Source: a virus (taxonomy: Duplodnaviria; Caudoviricetes). From it: a stretch of 24,314 nucleotides of DNA. This document shows positions 16,506 to 24,179 of the stretch, piece after piece. The position numbers and the translations under genes are program-made. The stretch is taken from positions 1 to 24,314 of IMG/VR virus record IMGVR_UViG_3300025646_005140. The stretch is one strand, 5' to 3'. How positions within the stretch are numbered: position 1 is the first letter of the stretch; every line of letters begins with the position of its first letter. Below the pieces are notes generated by a model that was not told the DNA's origin, did no database searches, and saw only the letters and a program-made list of their open reading frames with translations.

Positions 16506-16655
16506 TTAAGCTTGTGCGACTTCGTAACAAAAAGCAAGTCCTTGATTAACTAAGTATATCAACGCGTTAGCAAAAGTCATATGATCTAGTTTATCACTCA
16601 TAAACATTGTATGTATTTCAACAAACCAGTCAGGTACTTTGCATTCAACAATCAT
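16506..16655 (-). CDS. 49-aa ribbon-helix-helix-like protein
   Basis: MIVECKVPDWFVEIHTMFMSDKLDHMTFANALIYLVNQGL has a strand-P-helix-helix pattern. TATA 28 nt upstream. Confidence 0.6.
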   Translation of the reverse strand: MIVECKVPDWFVEIHTMFMSDKLDHMTFANALIYLVNQGLAFCYEVAQA

Positions 16656-16692
16656 AGATACTTTTATATCAAAGTATATATAAGTTTACCTG
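16656..16692. promoter_or_regulatory. Overlapping divergent TATA promoters
   Basis: Plus-strand TTTTATAT at 16662 (31 nt before ATG 16693) and minus-strand TTATATAT at 16683 (28 nt before ATG 16655). Confidence 0.6.
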
Positions 16693-16935
16693 ATGGCAAG
16701 AAGAAAACAAAGTTGCACTCACACAACAATAAGCGTAAAGTGGGAAGACAAAGAACTATTCAGAAAATACGCAAAGTCAGTAAAAGAAACTAAGAATGGA
16801 ATCATGAATGAAAGTGACTCTGTTTTGTTTCACAGAATACTTGAAGAATACAAACAGAATCATCCACTAGAAGAAAACGCTACAGCTAAGAAAACTTATC
16901 CAGAAAAGCCTACTATCAAAACCCAACTTACGTAA
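16693..16935 (+). CDS. Ribbon-helix-helix DNA-binding protein
   Basis: HTTISVKWEDKELFRKYAK...ESDSVLFHRILEEY. Confidence 0.7.
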   Translation: MARRKQSCTHTTISVKWEDKELFRKYAKSVKETKNGIMNESDSVLFHRILEEYKQNHPLEENATAKKTYPEKPTIKTQLT

Positions 16936-16961
16936 GTTAACTTAAGTAAATTACGTAAGTT
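16925..16961. repeat. Cluster of overlapping palindromes (operator or origin candidate)
   Basis: AACTTACGTAAGTT (16925-16938), TAAGTTAACTTA (16933-16944), ACTTAAGT (16940-16947), AAATTACGTAAGTT (16948-16961). Confidence 0.8.
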
Positions 16962-16963
16962 TC

Positions 16964-16971
16964 TTTTTTTT
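16964..16971 (+). terminator. Archaeal oligo-T terminator
   Basis: T8 just after the stop at 16935 and before the next TATA (16980). Confidence 0.5.
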
Positions 16972-17008
16972 GCTAAACATTTAATTACTTAACTTAATTA
17001 TACAATAC

Positions 17009-17350
17009 ATGGTTAATTTAAACAAGACAATGATAACTTTATCTACGTCAGAAGATACTAGAAAATCTTTCATAAAGTTAGATAAAATAAGACCTAACAG
17101 TATTTCTTTTAGTAGGTTCTTAGGTGTAGCAGCAAAAGAATATGCTGAAAGACATAGTACAGGAGATTATAAGATTGAGGACTTTGTATCAGAAGAAGTT
17201 TCTCTCACACCAAAATTCTTCGCAGAGATTGATATATGGAAAAGACATATTCTAGAACTAGATAATGTTAGATATAACGAATTTAGTAAAAGATTAGAAC
17301 AGTTAAATAATATCAAAAGAATAAAACTAGGAGGAATGTTGACTTGGTAA
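17009..17350 (+). CDS. RHH-like DNA-binding protein coupled to MCM
   Basis: TMITLSTSEDTRKSFIKLD...ISFSRFLGVAAKEY. Overlaps the MCM start, and its 3' end carries the GGAGG ribosome-binding site. Confidence 0.65.
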   Translation: MVNLNKTMITLSTSEDTRKSFIKLDKIRPNSISFSRFLGVAAKEYAERHSTGDYKIEDFVSEEVSLTPKFFAEIDIWKRHILELDNVRYNEFSKRLEQLNNIKRIKLGGMLTW

Positions 17351-19308
17351 CTCATACACAATCTGCAATGGCAGATAGAATCTTTGATTATTTTTATTCA
17401 AAGAAACTTGTTGACGTTATTGATAATCTGACTCCAATGAGTACGTTCAGACTTGATGCTTCTGATGAAGAACTTGTTGACCTGTTTCTTGACAACAGTA
17501 AGTTGTTTCAATTTGCAGCAAGAGATGCTGTGATAAGAATCATTCAACAAAAGTATCCAGAATTAAATGTTGACTTGGAGTTTAAGAATCTTAATGTTGA
17601 ACTTACAGTTGAGAATGAGATTCAACTTCATTCCATAAGTCCAAAATATGAAAACACTCCAATACAATTTGTGTGTGAAATAATAGGAATGGATGAAAGA
17701 AAAACATACATGAAAGAAACAGTTTTGGTTTGTCCAAAGTGTTATAGAGAACAATCTGAGAAAGCAGATTTTTACAAAAGAATAAACAAAGTATATTGTC
17801 CAAATTCAAACTGTAAGAAATCAGAAATGTTACCTGATCCTTTGAGAACAAAAAATGAATATGTTCAGACTTTGTTGGTTCAGGAACCACTTGATGAAGC
17901 GTTAAACAATTCGCCTGTCATATTTGTGTCTAAGGTTTACGATCATCATATAGGCAAAGCATTTGTTGGTCAAAAGAAAAAGGTTACAGGTATATTCAAA
18001 TCTATTAGAACAAAGACAGAAGAAAATGATATAGTTATACAAATCATAAGTATGGACGATCTTGATAGGTGTGATGTGATTTATCCAACAGATGATGAAA
18101 TCATGTCATACAAGGAACAGGTGAAAGACGGAAAGAACTTTATCACAAAGTTGGTTAACTCTTTTGCTCCTGACATCTATGCAGATCAATTGTATCGTGA
18201 CATAAAGTATTCCATACTTCTTCAGTTAGTGGGGGGAGTAAAGACAAGAAAAAGAGGAGACATAAACCAACTACTAGTAGGAGATCCATCAATGGCAAAG
18301 TCAGAACTACTCAAAGCATCAAAGCGACTTACACAGAAAAGCATATTCACATCAGGTAGAGGAGCAAGTGCCGCAGGTCTAACAATAGGTATAGTAGAAT
18401 TACCAAACGGAAGAAAGGTAGCACAAGCAGGAGTCATGCCGTTATGTTCAGGTGGTCATGCTATGATAGATGAGTTTGACAAAATGAATCCAACTGATAG
18501 AAGTGCCATGCATGAAGCAATGGAACAGCAAACAGTATCTATTGCAAAGGCAGGTATCAAGTTGACTTTACCTGCACAGACAAGTGTCATGGCAGCAGCC
18601 AATCCAATCTATGGAAACTATGACATGGAAAGAACTCTTGCAGAGAACTTAAACTTACCACCACCATTGATAACAAGATTCGATTTGATTTGGTTGTTGG
18701 TTGACAGAGTGAACCAAGACGATGATACAAAGAAAGCATATCATATACTTATGTCATATCAGACAGAGAATGATGATGTCATATTTACAGAAGATCAGAT
18801 GATTGCATATCTAAACTATGCAAGAGATTTGAAACCAACATTGACAGAAGAAACACATGAGAGATTGATTTCACTCTACAACAAGATGAGAAGTAAATCA
18901 AAGAACAACTCAATCACTGTTGGTGTCAGACAGTTAGAAGCACTCGTTCGTTTGTCAATGGCAAGAGCCAAACTTTTGTTAAAGTCACAAGTTGATGTTG
19001 AAGATGTTGACGATGTAACAGAGTTGTTAAAGTCAAGTTATCGTTCACTAGACTTAGACTTAGACTTGGGAGATAGTATGACTCAGCAGACTTTGTCAGC
19101 AAACGCATCAAAGAAACACATAGCCTTGACCATACTTGGCAACATCGCAGGGGTGGAGAATAGATTCAAAGAGAAAGACTACAAGAAAGAACTAAGTAAA
19201 CACGAGAAGTTCAGCGACCACGAAGCAGAAAAGATGTGGGTACAACTTGAGAAAGAAGGCTTAGTAAAGATAAATTCAGACGGAACTTGCAGTCGAACGA
19301 ATTTATGA
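17344..19308 (+). CDS. mcm: MCM replicative helicase
   Basis: Zn finger CPKC..CPNSNC, Walker A GDPSMAKS, SAAGLT, Walker B IDEFDKM, HEAMEQQTVSIAKAG, AANP, arginine finger TRFD, VRQLEALVRLS. Confidence 0.97.
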   Translation: MVTHTQSAMADRIFDYFYSKKLVDVIDNLTPMSTFRLDASDEELVDLFLDNSKLFQFAARDAVIRIIQQKYPELNVDLEFKNLNVELTVENEIQLHSISPKYENTPIQFVCEIIGMDERKTYMKETVLVCPKCYREQSEKADFYKRINKVYCPNSNCKKSEMLPDPLRTKNEYVQTLLVQEPLDEALNNSPVIFVSKVYDHHIGKAFVGQKKKVTGIFKSIRTKTEENDIVIQIISMDDLDRCDVIYPTDDEIMSYKEQVKDGKNFITKLVNSFAPDIYADQLYRDIKYSILLQLVGGVKTRKRGDINQLLVGDPSMAKSELLKASKRLTQKSIFTSGRGASAAGLTIGIVELPNGRKVAQAGVMPLCSGGHAMIDEFDKMNPTDRSAMHEAMEQQTVSIAKAGIKLTLPAQTSVMAAANPIYGNYDMERTLAENLNLPPPLITRFDLIWLLVDRVNQDDDTKKAYHILMSYQTENDDVIFTEDQMIAYLNYARDLKPTLTEETHERLISLYNKMRSKSKNNSITVGVRQLEALVRLSMARAKLLLKSQVDVEDVDDVTELLKSSYRSLDLDLDLGDSMTQQTLSANASKKHIALTILGNIAGVENRFKEKDYKKELSKHEKFSDHEAEKMWVQLEKEGLVKINSDGTCSRTNL

Positions 19309-19342
19309 TAAGACTTTTATTCTTCCTCCCCATTTTATATAC

Positions 19343-20353
19343 ATGGAATCTGAACTAGATTTAGAAAGACAAGAACAGGAATCAGAGATTGAACCTGAAC
19401 TTGATATTTCCATCTCACAACTAAAAGGACTTGGAGCAGTTTCCGAAAAGAAACTCAATACTTTTGGTGTGTTCACTTTGTATGATTTGTGTGTCAGAGG
19501 CTCACAAGAACTACAAGAAATAACAGGAGCCAATAAAGAAACAGCAGACTCTTGGGTATTCAAAGCAAAAGATATGTTAGAGGAAAAAGGACTTATTCGA
19601 AAAACGGATATGGACTGCATTGAATTGTTAGAGTATCAGGAGAAGCAACATAGACTTACACTTAATGTAGAGTCTATTGATAATCTGTTTGGTGGTGGAT
19701 TGCGACCTGAATCTTTGTATGAGATATACGGAGAATTTGGTAGTGGTAAAACACAATTCTGTTATTCATTAACAGCAGAAGTTATAGCACAAGGAGATAA
19801 TGTAATATGGATTGATTGTGAAGATACATTCAAACCTAAACGACTTGTGGAAATTCTTATTGCAAAAGGACACGCAACAGATATTGAATCAAGTAAGGAT
19901 ATGTTAAGACGTGTTACTTACTTATACGCTCCAAACACAGAAAACTTGATGGGTATCATCAACAATATGTCAGAAAGAATGTTGAAAGATAGACCAAAGT
20001 TAGTAGTTGTAGATGGTTCGGTAGGTCAGTTTCGTGAAGAATACTTGGGTAGAGGAACTTTAGCTGCAAGACAAAATCAGTTAGCAAGACTTATGACACA
20101 CTTAAAGAATGTTTCATATTATTTTGTATGCACTGTTCTATTTACAAACCAAGTGCAGACCGATCCTAGTGTTATGTTTGGAGATCCTGTCAAACCTATT
20201 GGTGGCAATGTTGTAGGACACGCAAGTACTTATAGACTTTACTTCAAGAAAGCAGGTAAGAAACACATTGCTAGAATGGTTGATAGTGCTGAAGATGCAA
20301 CACAAGACGTTGAATTCGTCCTAGATGCAAAAGGCATATCCGAAATTGAATAA
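19343..20353 (+). CDS. radA: RadA recombinase
   Basis: N-terminal HhH (LKGLG), Walker A GEFGSGKT, IDCEDTF, VVVDGS, FREEYLGRGTLAARQ, TNQV, PIGGNVVGHASTYR. Confidence 0.97.
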   Translation: MESELDLERQEQESEIEPELDISISQLKGLGAVSEKKLNTFGVFTLYDLCVRGSQELQEITGANKETADSWVFKAKDMLEEKGLIRKTDMDCIELLEYQEKQHRLTLNVESIDNLFGGGLRPESLYEIYGEFGSGKTQFCYSLTAEVIAQGDNVIWIDCEDTFKPKRLVEILIAKGHATDIESSKDMLRRVTYLYAPNTENLMGIINNMSERMLKDRPKLVVVDGSVGQFREEYLGRGTLAARQNQLARLMTHLKNVSYYFVCTVLFTNQVQTDPSVMFGDPVKPIGGNVVGHASTYRLYFKKAGKKHIARMVDSAEDATQDVEFVLDAKGISEIE

Positions 20354-20384
20354 CACTTAAATACTTATTTTTTTATTATAGTAT

Positions 20385-20480
20385 ATGGAATGGCTAGACT
20401 TTGGTCATATCTGCAAAGAAAAAACCAAGCAGGGTTTCTTGAATTTTCCCTCATTGATGCCATTCCACTTATACTCATGA
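20385..20480 (+). CDS. 31-aa hypothetical leader protein
   Basis: ATG 28 nt after TTAAATA (20357). Its stop overlaps ATG 20477 (ATGA). Confidence 0.45.
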   Translation: MEWLDFGHICKEKTKQGFLNFPSLMPFHLYS

Positions 20481-20830
20481 ACAATAGACAGAAGATGCGA
20501 AACAGCAATCGAAAGGCTGTAGAACATCTACTTAGTTTAGGCTATGATGACATTTGGTTAAAGCCACATACTAGAAGACATGACCTTAATTATTGTCAGG
20601 GAGCATGGTATAGATCCCTAGACCTTTGGAATCTCTTTGATGGTATCTGCATATCTCCTAGTGGTCTTATTACTTTTCTTCAGATTAAAACAAACGCTTG
20701 GGCGAAAGCAGAACCTATACTTAAGTGGGTGGCAAGAGTCAAAGGCATAGAAGTCCTAGTAATCAATGTCAAGCATACATATCGCAAATACGAAGTTTTA
20801 CTTAGGTGTTATAAGTGTACAACTTTATAG
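20477..20830 (+). CDS. Holliday junction resolvase-like PD-(D/E)XK nuclease
   Basis: KAVEHLLSLGY, DLWNLFDGICI and FLQIKTN. Start 20477 is preferred to 20390. Confidence 0.7.
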   Translation: MNNRQKMRNSNRKAVEHLLSLGYDDIWLKPHTRRHDLNYCQGAWYRSLDLWNLFDGICISPSGLITFLQIKTNAWAKAEPILKWVARVKGIEVLVINVKHTYRKYEVLLRCYKCTTL

Positions 20831-21222
20831 GTCGTGGCGAACGTACTTGCCTTAAGATACTTAAGTCATGGTTTCCTAGTGCCGAGTTTGTCATACAGTA
20901 TCCCCTAAGTAAACTTATAGATAAGTCGTGGGGATTATCCGACAGGCAACAAAAAGAAACCCTTGACATAGTATACTTCTTAGATAATAAGACATACATA
21001 GTAAGAGTTCAAGATCCACACCATGATGGTTTAGGTATGCAGAAAGTCGATAGAGTTCAGCGAACTACTTTAGAGTGTCACGATTGCATAGTCATAGATG
21101 TATGGCATTATGATTGCCCTACCCTATTTGATGATAAGTATAATGACTTAAGTATAAAAGAACTTAAGTTAGTATATAAAGACAATAATATACCCACGCC
21201 TAGCGAGGTGGGAAATAAATAA
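20815..21222 (+). CDS. DUF559/Vsr-like endonuclease
   Basis: GE...IL...QYP..LDIV...IVRVQDPHH...D..Q...LE...VIDVW. Confidence 0.65.
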   Translation: MYNFIGRGERTCLKILKSWFPSAEFVIQYPLSKLIDKSWGLSDRQQKETLDIVYFLDNKTYIVRVQDPHHDGLGMQKVDRVQRTTLECHDCIVIDVWHYDCPTLFDDKYNDLSIKELKLVYKDNNIPTPSEVGNK

Positions 21223-21247
21223 TAACCACTACAACAACACTAGATTA

Positions 21248-21472
21248 ATGCACTTTATCATAGATAGAGAAAGGGAAATGTCCTGCTCATTCGGAGATTA
21301 CCACCCCTATGACGGACACATTACAATCAACCTAGCATTAATGGATAGTCCAGAAGAATTGATTATTACTATTATCCATGAGCAACTACACGAACTAATA
21401 GATTGGGGATTAGATCCCCATAGTTCTAAAGAAGAAGAAGATCACTATATCATTCCACGTCTTTTATTTTGA
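21248..21472 (+). CDS. Minimal HExxH zinc-metalloprotease-like protein
   Basis: G.Y......ITINL...TIIHEQLH followed by EE. Confidence 0.7.
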   Translation: MHFIIDREREMSCSFGDYHPYDGHITINLALMDSPEELIITIIHEQLHELIDWGLDPHSSKEEEDHYIIPRLLF

Positions 21473-21869
21473 TGTAATATCCACCAATACAAATAATATT
21501 ATGCTTATCTCTAAGTTTATGTATTACCTGCTTAAAGGATCTAGGATTACAACCTGACCTTTCTATTAGTTCTTCCTTTGTCAAGTTATAGTTTGTGACT
21601 AGGTTTTCCATCTTATCTTGTATAGTTTCTTTCTTCACAAAGTTATTCTTTACCTTTCTTACACAGTGATTACCGTATTTGTATTTACAACTAATCTGAC
21701 AAAACTTTGGAAGTTGTGAATTAAGTCCATACTTTTCAAATGTGTTTCCACATTGGACACATTTAAAAACAAACGGATATTTACTAAGTATACATGATCT
21801 ACAAAAGTATCCTTTAGTTCCCTTGAGTTTGCTGTTCTCGTTCTCACATCTTAGGTTATAACATTTCAT
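21450..21869 (-). CDS. Double zinc-finger plus C-terminal HTH protein
   Basis: CYNLRC..FCRSC, CVQCG..FCQISC, LTKEELIERSGCNPRSFKQVIHKLR. Confidence 0.75.
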   Translation of the reverse strand: MKCYNLRCENENSKLKGTKGYFCRSCILSKYPFVFKCVQCGNTFEKYGLNSQLPKFCQISCKYKYGNHCVRKVKNNFVKKETIQDKMENLVTNYNLTKEELIERSGCNPRSFKQVIHKLRDKHNIICIGGYYIKIKDVE

Positions 21870-22012
21870 TTTTCTAATTCCTCCAATGTTTCATAATGCA
21901 AACATGATCTACAAACTAGATTTATAGGCATGATTAGTTTGTTTTTTTCTCTTAGTGAATCAAGAACAATATCAAAAGATCCACAATTTGAACATTTAAA
22001 CAAAGTGTTCAT
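21866..22012 (-). CDS. 48-aa zinc-ribbon microprotein
   Basis: FKCSNCGS...LVCRSC. ATGA overlap with the gene starting at 21869. Confidence 0.7.
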   Translation of the reverse strand: MNTLFKCSNCGSFDIVLDSLREKNKLIMPINLVCRSCLHYETLEELEK

Positions 22013-22114
22013 TTACAAGACCTCCAAATATTGACAATTTGGACATTCAAAACCATTTCTATTTTCCACATAGAAATAACAACCACAGTCCATACACTCA
22101 AATTTTACTTTCAT
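22013..22114 (-). CDS. 33-aa zinc-ribbon microprotein
   Basis: MKVKFECMDCGCYFYVENRNGFECPNCQYLEVL. GGAGGT upstream; abuts both neighbours. Confidence 0.75.
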   Translation of the reverse strand: MKVKFECMDCGCYFYVENRNGFECPNCQYLEVL

Positions 22115-22260
22115 TCTTCATCTACCTCCTTTTCTTTTAGTCGTTTAGACCATTCTCTCATATTTGGTGGGAGTGTAAGGTCATTTAAATGTTGTTCCAT
22201 CTTTATCATAATGTCACGCATTTCTATTAATGTCTTTTGTATTTCTATAAACACTTTCAA
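22111..22260 (-). CDS. 49-aa coiled-coil hypothetical protein
   Basis: (M)KVFIEIQKTLIEMRDIMIKMEQHL... with 4-nt overlaps at both ends. Confidence 0.6.
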   Translation of the reverse strand: MKVFIEIQKTLIEMRDIMIKMEQHLNDLTLPPNMREWSKRLKEKEVDEE

Positions 22261-22481
22261 ACATTTAACCCTACAACTCCTAATCTCTTTCTTATCTGAT
22301 AAGCCTTACTTCTACATCTAGGAGAACAATAAAGTTTCTCCATACCTATTGTAGTAGTGTAGGTCATATCACATATTCTACATTGGGCAACTACATTGTT
22401 GCATGAATGTAAACAGTTTAAACAATAACCTCTCCTACCTTTGGCTTGATTATTGCAAACATAATTTCTACACTTCGTCAT
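22257..22481 (-). CDS. Double zinc-finger protein (TRASH-like second finger)
   Basis: CRNYVC..YCLNC and CRICD..YCSPRCR. Confidence 0.75.
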   Translation of the reverse strand: MTKCRNYVCNNQAKGRRGYCLNCLHSCNNVVAQCRICDMTYTTTIGMEKLYCSPRCRSKAYQIRKRLGVVGLNV

Positions 22482-22746
22482 AAGACCACCCCCTTTTTGT
22501 AAATGTATTCTCCCAACATTTCATACATAGTCTATTACTATCTGATATAAAAGTGTCGCCCTCTAATTTAACTTTGCACTCTTGACACTTCTTAAGTTTA
22601 AGTAATTTAATGTATGAATAGTTTTTTAGTTTAGGGCATTTGATATGTTTTATCCCTACACCTTTTTCCCAATCAACATCTGTTCCAATCTTGATTGTTC
22701 TATTACATTCAATACACTTGTTCTCATACTTGTTCTTGATTATCAT
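22468..22746 (-). CDS. Double zinc-ribbon protein
   Basis: MIIKNKYENKCIEC..KHIKC and CQEC..LCMKC. The track start is 22758. Confidence 0.7.
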   Translation of the reverse strand: MIIKNKYENKCIECNRTIKIGTDVDWEKGVGIKHIKCPKLKNYSYIKLLKLKKCQECKVKLEGDTFISDSNRLCMKCWENTFTKRGWSYDEV

Positions 22747-22936
22747 CAGGCATTTCAAGACTATCTAATACAGATGGATCGGATAGATCTCTCATTCTAC
22801 AATCAATGATGTAGTCGAAATCAACTTCATTCATATCTTCTCCCTCGTCTTTAGTTTCTTTCATTATCCTTAGAGTTCTGATAATTGTTGCTGTAACAAT
22901 ATCATTAATCTGTTGGTCGCTCATTTCCATTTTCAT
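22724..22936 (-). CDS. Acidic hypothetical protein
   Basis: GGAGG upstream; part of the overlapping minus-strand gene chain. Confidence 0.6.
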   Translation of the reverse strand: MKMEMSDQQINDIVTATIIRTLRIMKETKDEGEDMNEVDFDYIIDCRMRDLSDPSVLDSLEMPDDNQEQV

Positions 22937-23117
22937 TTCCTCCTTTGTTATCTGATGTTTGATCTACCTCATCAATTAAATCCCATGCTGATAAATCAAA
23001 TTCAGGTATGTTATACTTTAGTCTAATCTCTAATCTCTTTAGCCGATTAGATTCCTTAAACTCTTTTGCTATATCTTCGAGAGCAATTTGTATTCTCTCT
23101 GCTATCCATTCATTCAT
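22905..23117 (-). CDS. Helical hypothetical protein
   Basis: MNEWIAERIQIALEDIAKE. GAGGAGG precedes ATG 23117; the track start is 23153. Confidence 0.6.
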   Translation of the reverse strand: MNEWIAERIQIALEDIAKEFKESNRLKRLEIRLKYNIPEFDLSAWDLIDEVDQTSDNKGGNENGNERPTD

Positions 23118-23448
23118 TTCTTTCCTCCTCGTATTTGCAATACAAATACACAATATAATTTACCATATCAACAACTGTATCTTTAACAGATTCAGTTTTG
23201 ATTTCTGGATTTTCTTTAGGGTTTGATGTTAGTGATATTAATCTCATCATCTTGTCAGATATTCTAACAAGTATGGATTGAGTTGTAGTATCTACTATCC
23301 CTAGTTGTTTTGCAACTGTCATGTTGAATAATGTATCTCCATCATTCTGTTGCTTTCTATTATAGTCACGACCTTTTCTCGCAACAAGATTCAATGCACT
23401 TGCGCATATATCTGTGTGAGTGTCAATGACCTTATACAATGTTGTCAT
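23110..23448 (-). CDS. DUF1599-like (nucleotide-modification-associated, MazG/dUTPase-like helical fold) protein
   Basis: RKGRDY, ILVRISDKMMRL and ESVKDTVVDMVNY. AGGAGGT ribosome-binding site. Confidence 0.8.
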   Translation of the reverse strand: MTTLYKVIDTHTDICASALNLVARKGRDYNRKQQNDGDTLFNMTVAKQLGIVDTTTQSILVRISDKMMRLISLTSNPKENPEIKTESVKDTVVDMVNYIVYLYCKYEEERNE

Positions 23449-23463
23449 AATTTACCTCCTGTC

Positions 23464-23592
23464 CTAATAAGCAGGACTACATTTTCTTGGGTTCTGTTTT
23501 TCAACAGCAACCAATTTTACACAGCTAACACAAAGATCAACTTGATCTTCTTTGTTAGTTGCATTATCTTCTAGACATATATTACAGATCAT
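23464..23592 (-). CDS. 42-aa zinc-finger microprotein
   Basis: MICNICLEDNAT...LCVSC. ATGA overlap with the upstream gene. Confidence 0.7.
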   Translation of the reverse strand: MICNICLEDNATNKEDQVDLCVSCVKLVAVEKQNPRKCSPAY

Positions 23593-23771
23593 GGTGGATT
23601 GTTCTCCACTTCCTGTAACATTCTTATATTTCTTAGTAGATCACTATCTGACATTTTTTCCCAATGTTCTCTTGGTTCAACGTGCATAGGAATCCATAAT
23701 TTATTTTCTAATGCAACAATCATGTCGATATACTTTTCTCTTTCTTCTCCTAAGAAATTATCTTCTGACAC
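23589..23771 (-). CDS. Hypothetical protein
   Basis: GTG 29 nt after TTTATTAG; coupled to the next gene. Confidence 0.6.
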   Translation of the reverse strand: MSEDNFLGEEREKYIDMIVALENKLWIPMHVEPREHWEKMSDSDLLRNIRMLQEVENNPP

Positions 23772-23809
23772 ATACGAACCTTGTTTTAATACCTAATAAA
23801 CCTTTGTAG

Positions 23810-24172
23810 TTAATAAAGAGAATAAACTGTTTTAGAGTTTATATTCTTATAGACTTCATCAGGTTCTAAGTATGATGTCTTTGCTATGATCTCATCAATA
23901 ATATCTTTCTTGATATAGCCTTTCTCAAATATGGCAACTGCCATACAATGTTTGCATATCTTTTCTGGAAATGTTTTATCCGAGAATTGATAAGCTGGGC
24001 AACCACAACCATATCTAGTATTACCATTATCATTAATGAAAGACACAACTTCATACTTGTTTTTAGATTCGACAGAATCAACTTCCCATACTCCATTCAT
24101 CACTTTCCTTACTAATCCTTTTTCGTTTATATCTAAAGCCTTTTCTATATGGGCTTCAAACTTTGGGTTCAT
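23810..24172 (-). CDS. SWIM zinc-finger protein
   Basis: WEVDS....YEV...CGCPAY...CKHCMAV. ATG 24172 follows the upstream stop at 24180; the track start is 24220. Confidence 0.85.
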   Translation of the reverse strand: MNPKFEAHIEKALDINEKGLVRKVMNGVWEVDSVESKNKYEVVSFINDNGNTRYGCGCPAYQFSDKTFPEKICKHCMAVAIFEKGYIKKDIIDEIIAKTSYLEPDEVYKNINSKTVYSLY

Positions 24173-24179
24173 AGTTATC

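Noticed and set aside
16611-16793. Plus-strand 60-aa ORF
   Set aside because: Spans the divergent promoter and overlaps two better-supported genes.
18230-18430. Alternating A-rich and T-rich synonymous patches within genes
   Set aside because: Visible by eye, but I could not establish periodicity or significance without computation.
17344-20353. Inteins in MCM or RadA
   Set aside because: Lengths are normal, the ATPase motifs are uninterrupted, and no splice-junction motifs are visible.
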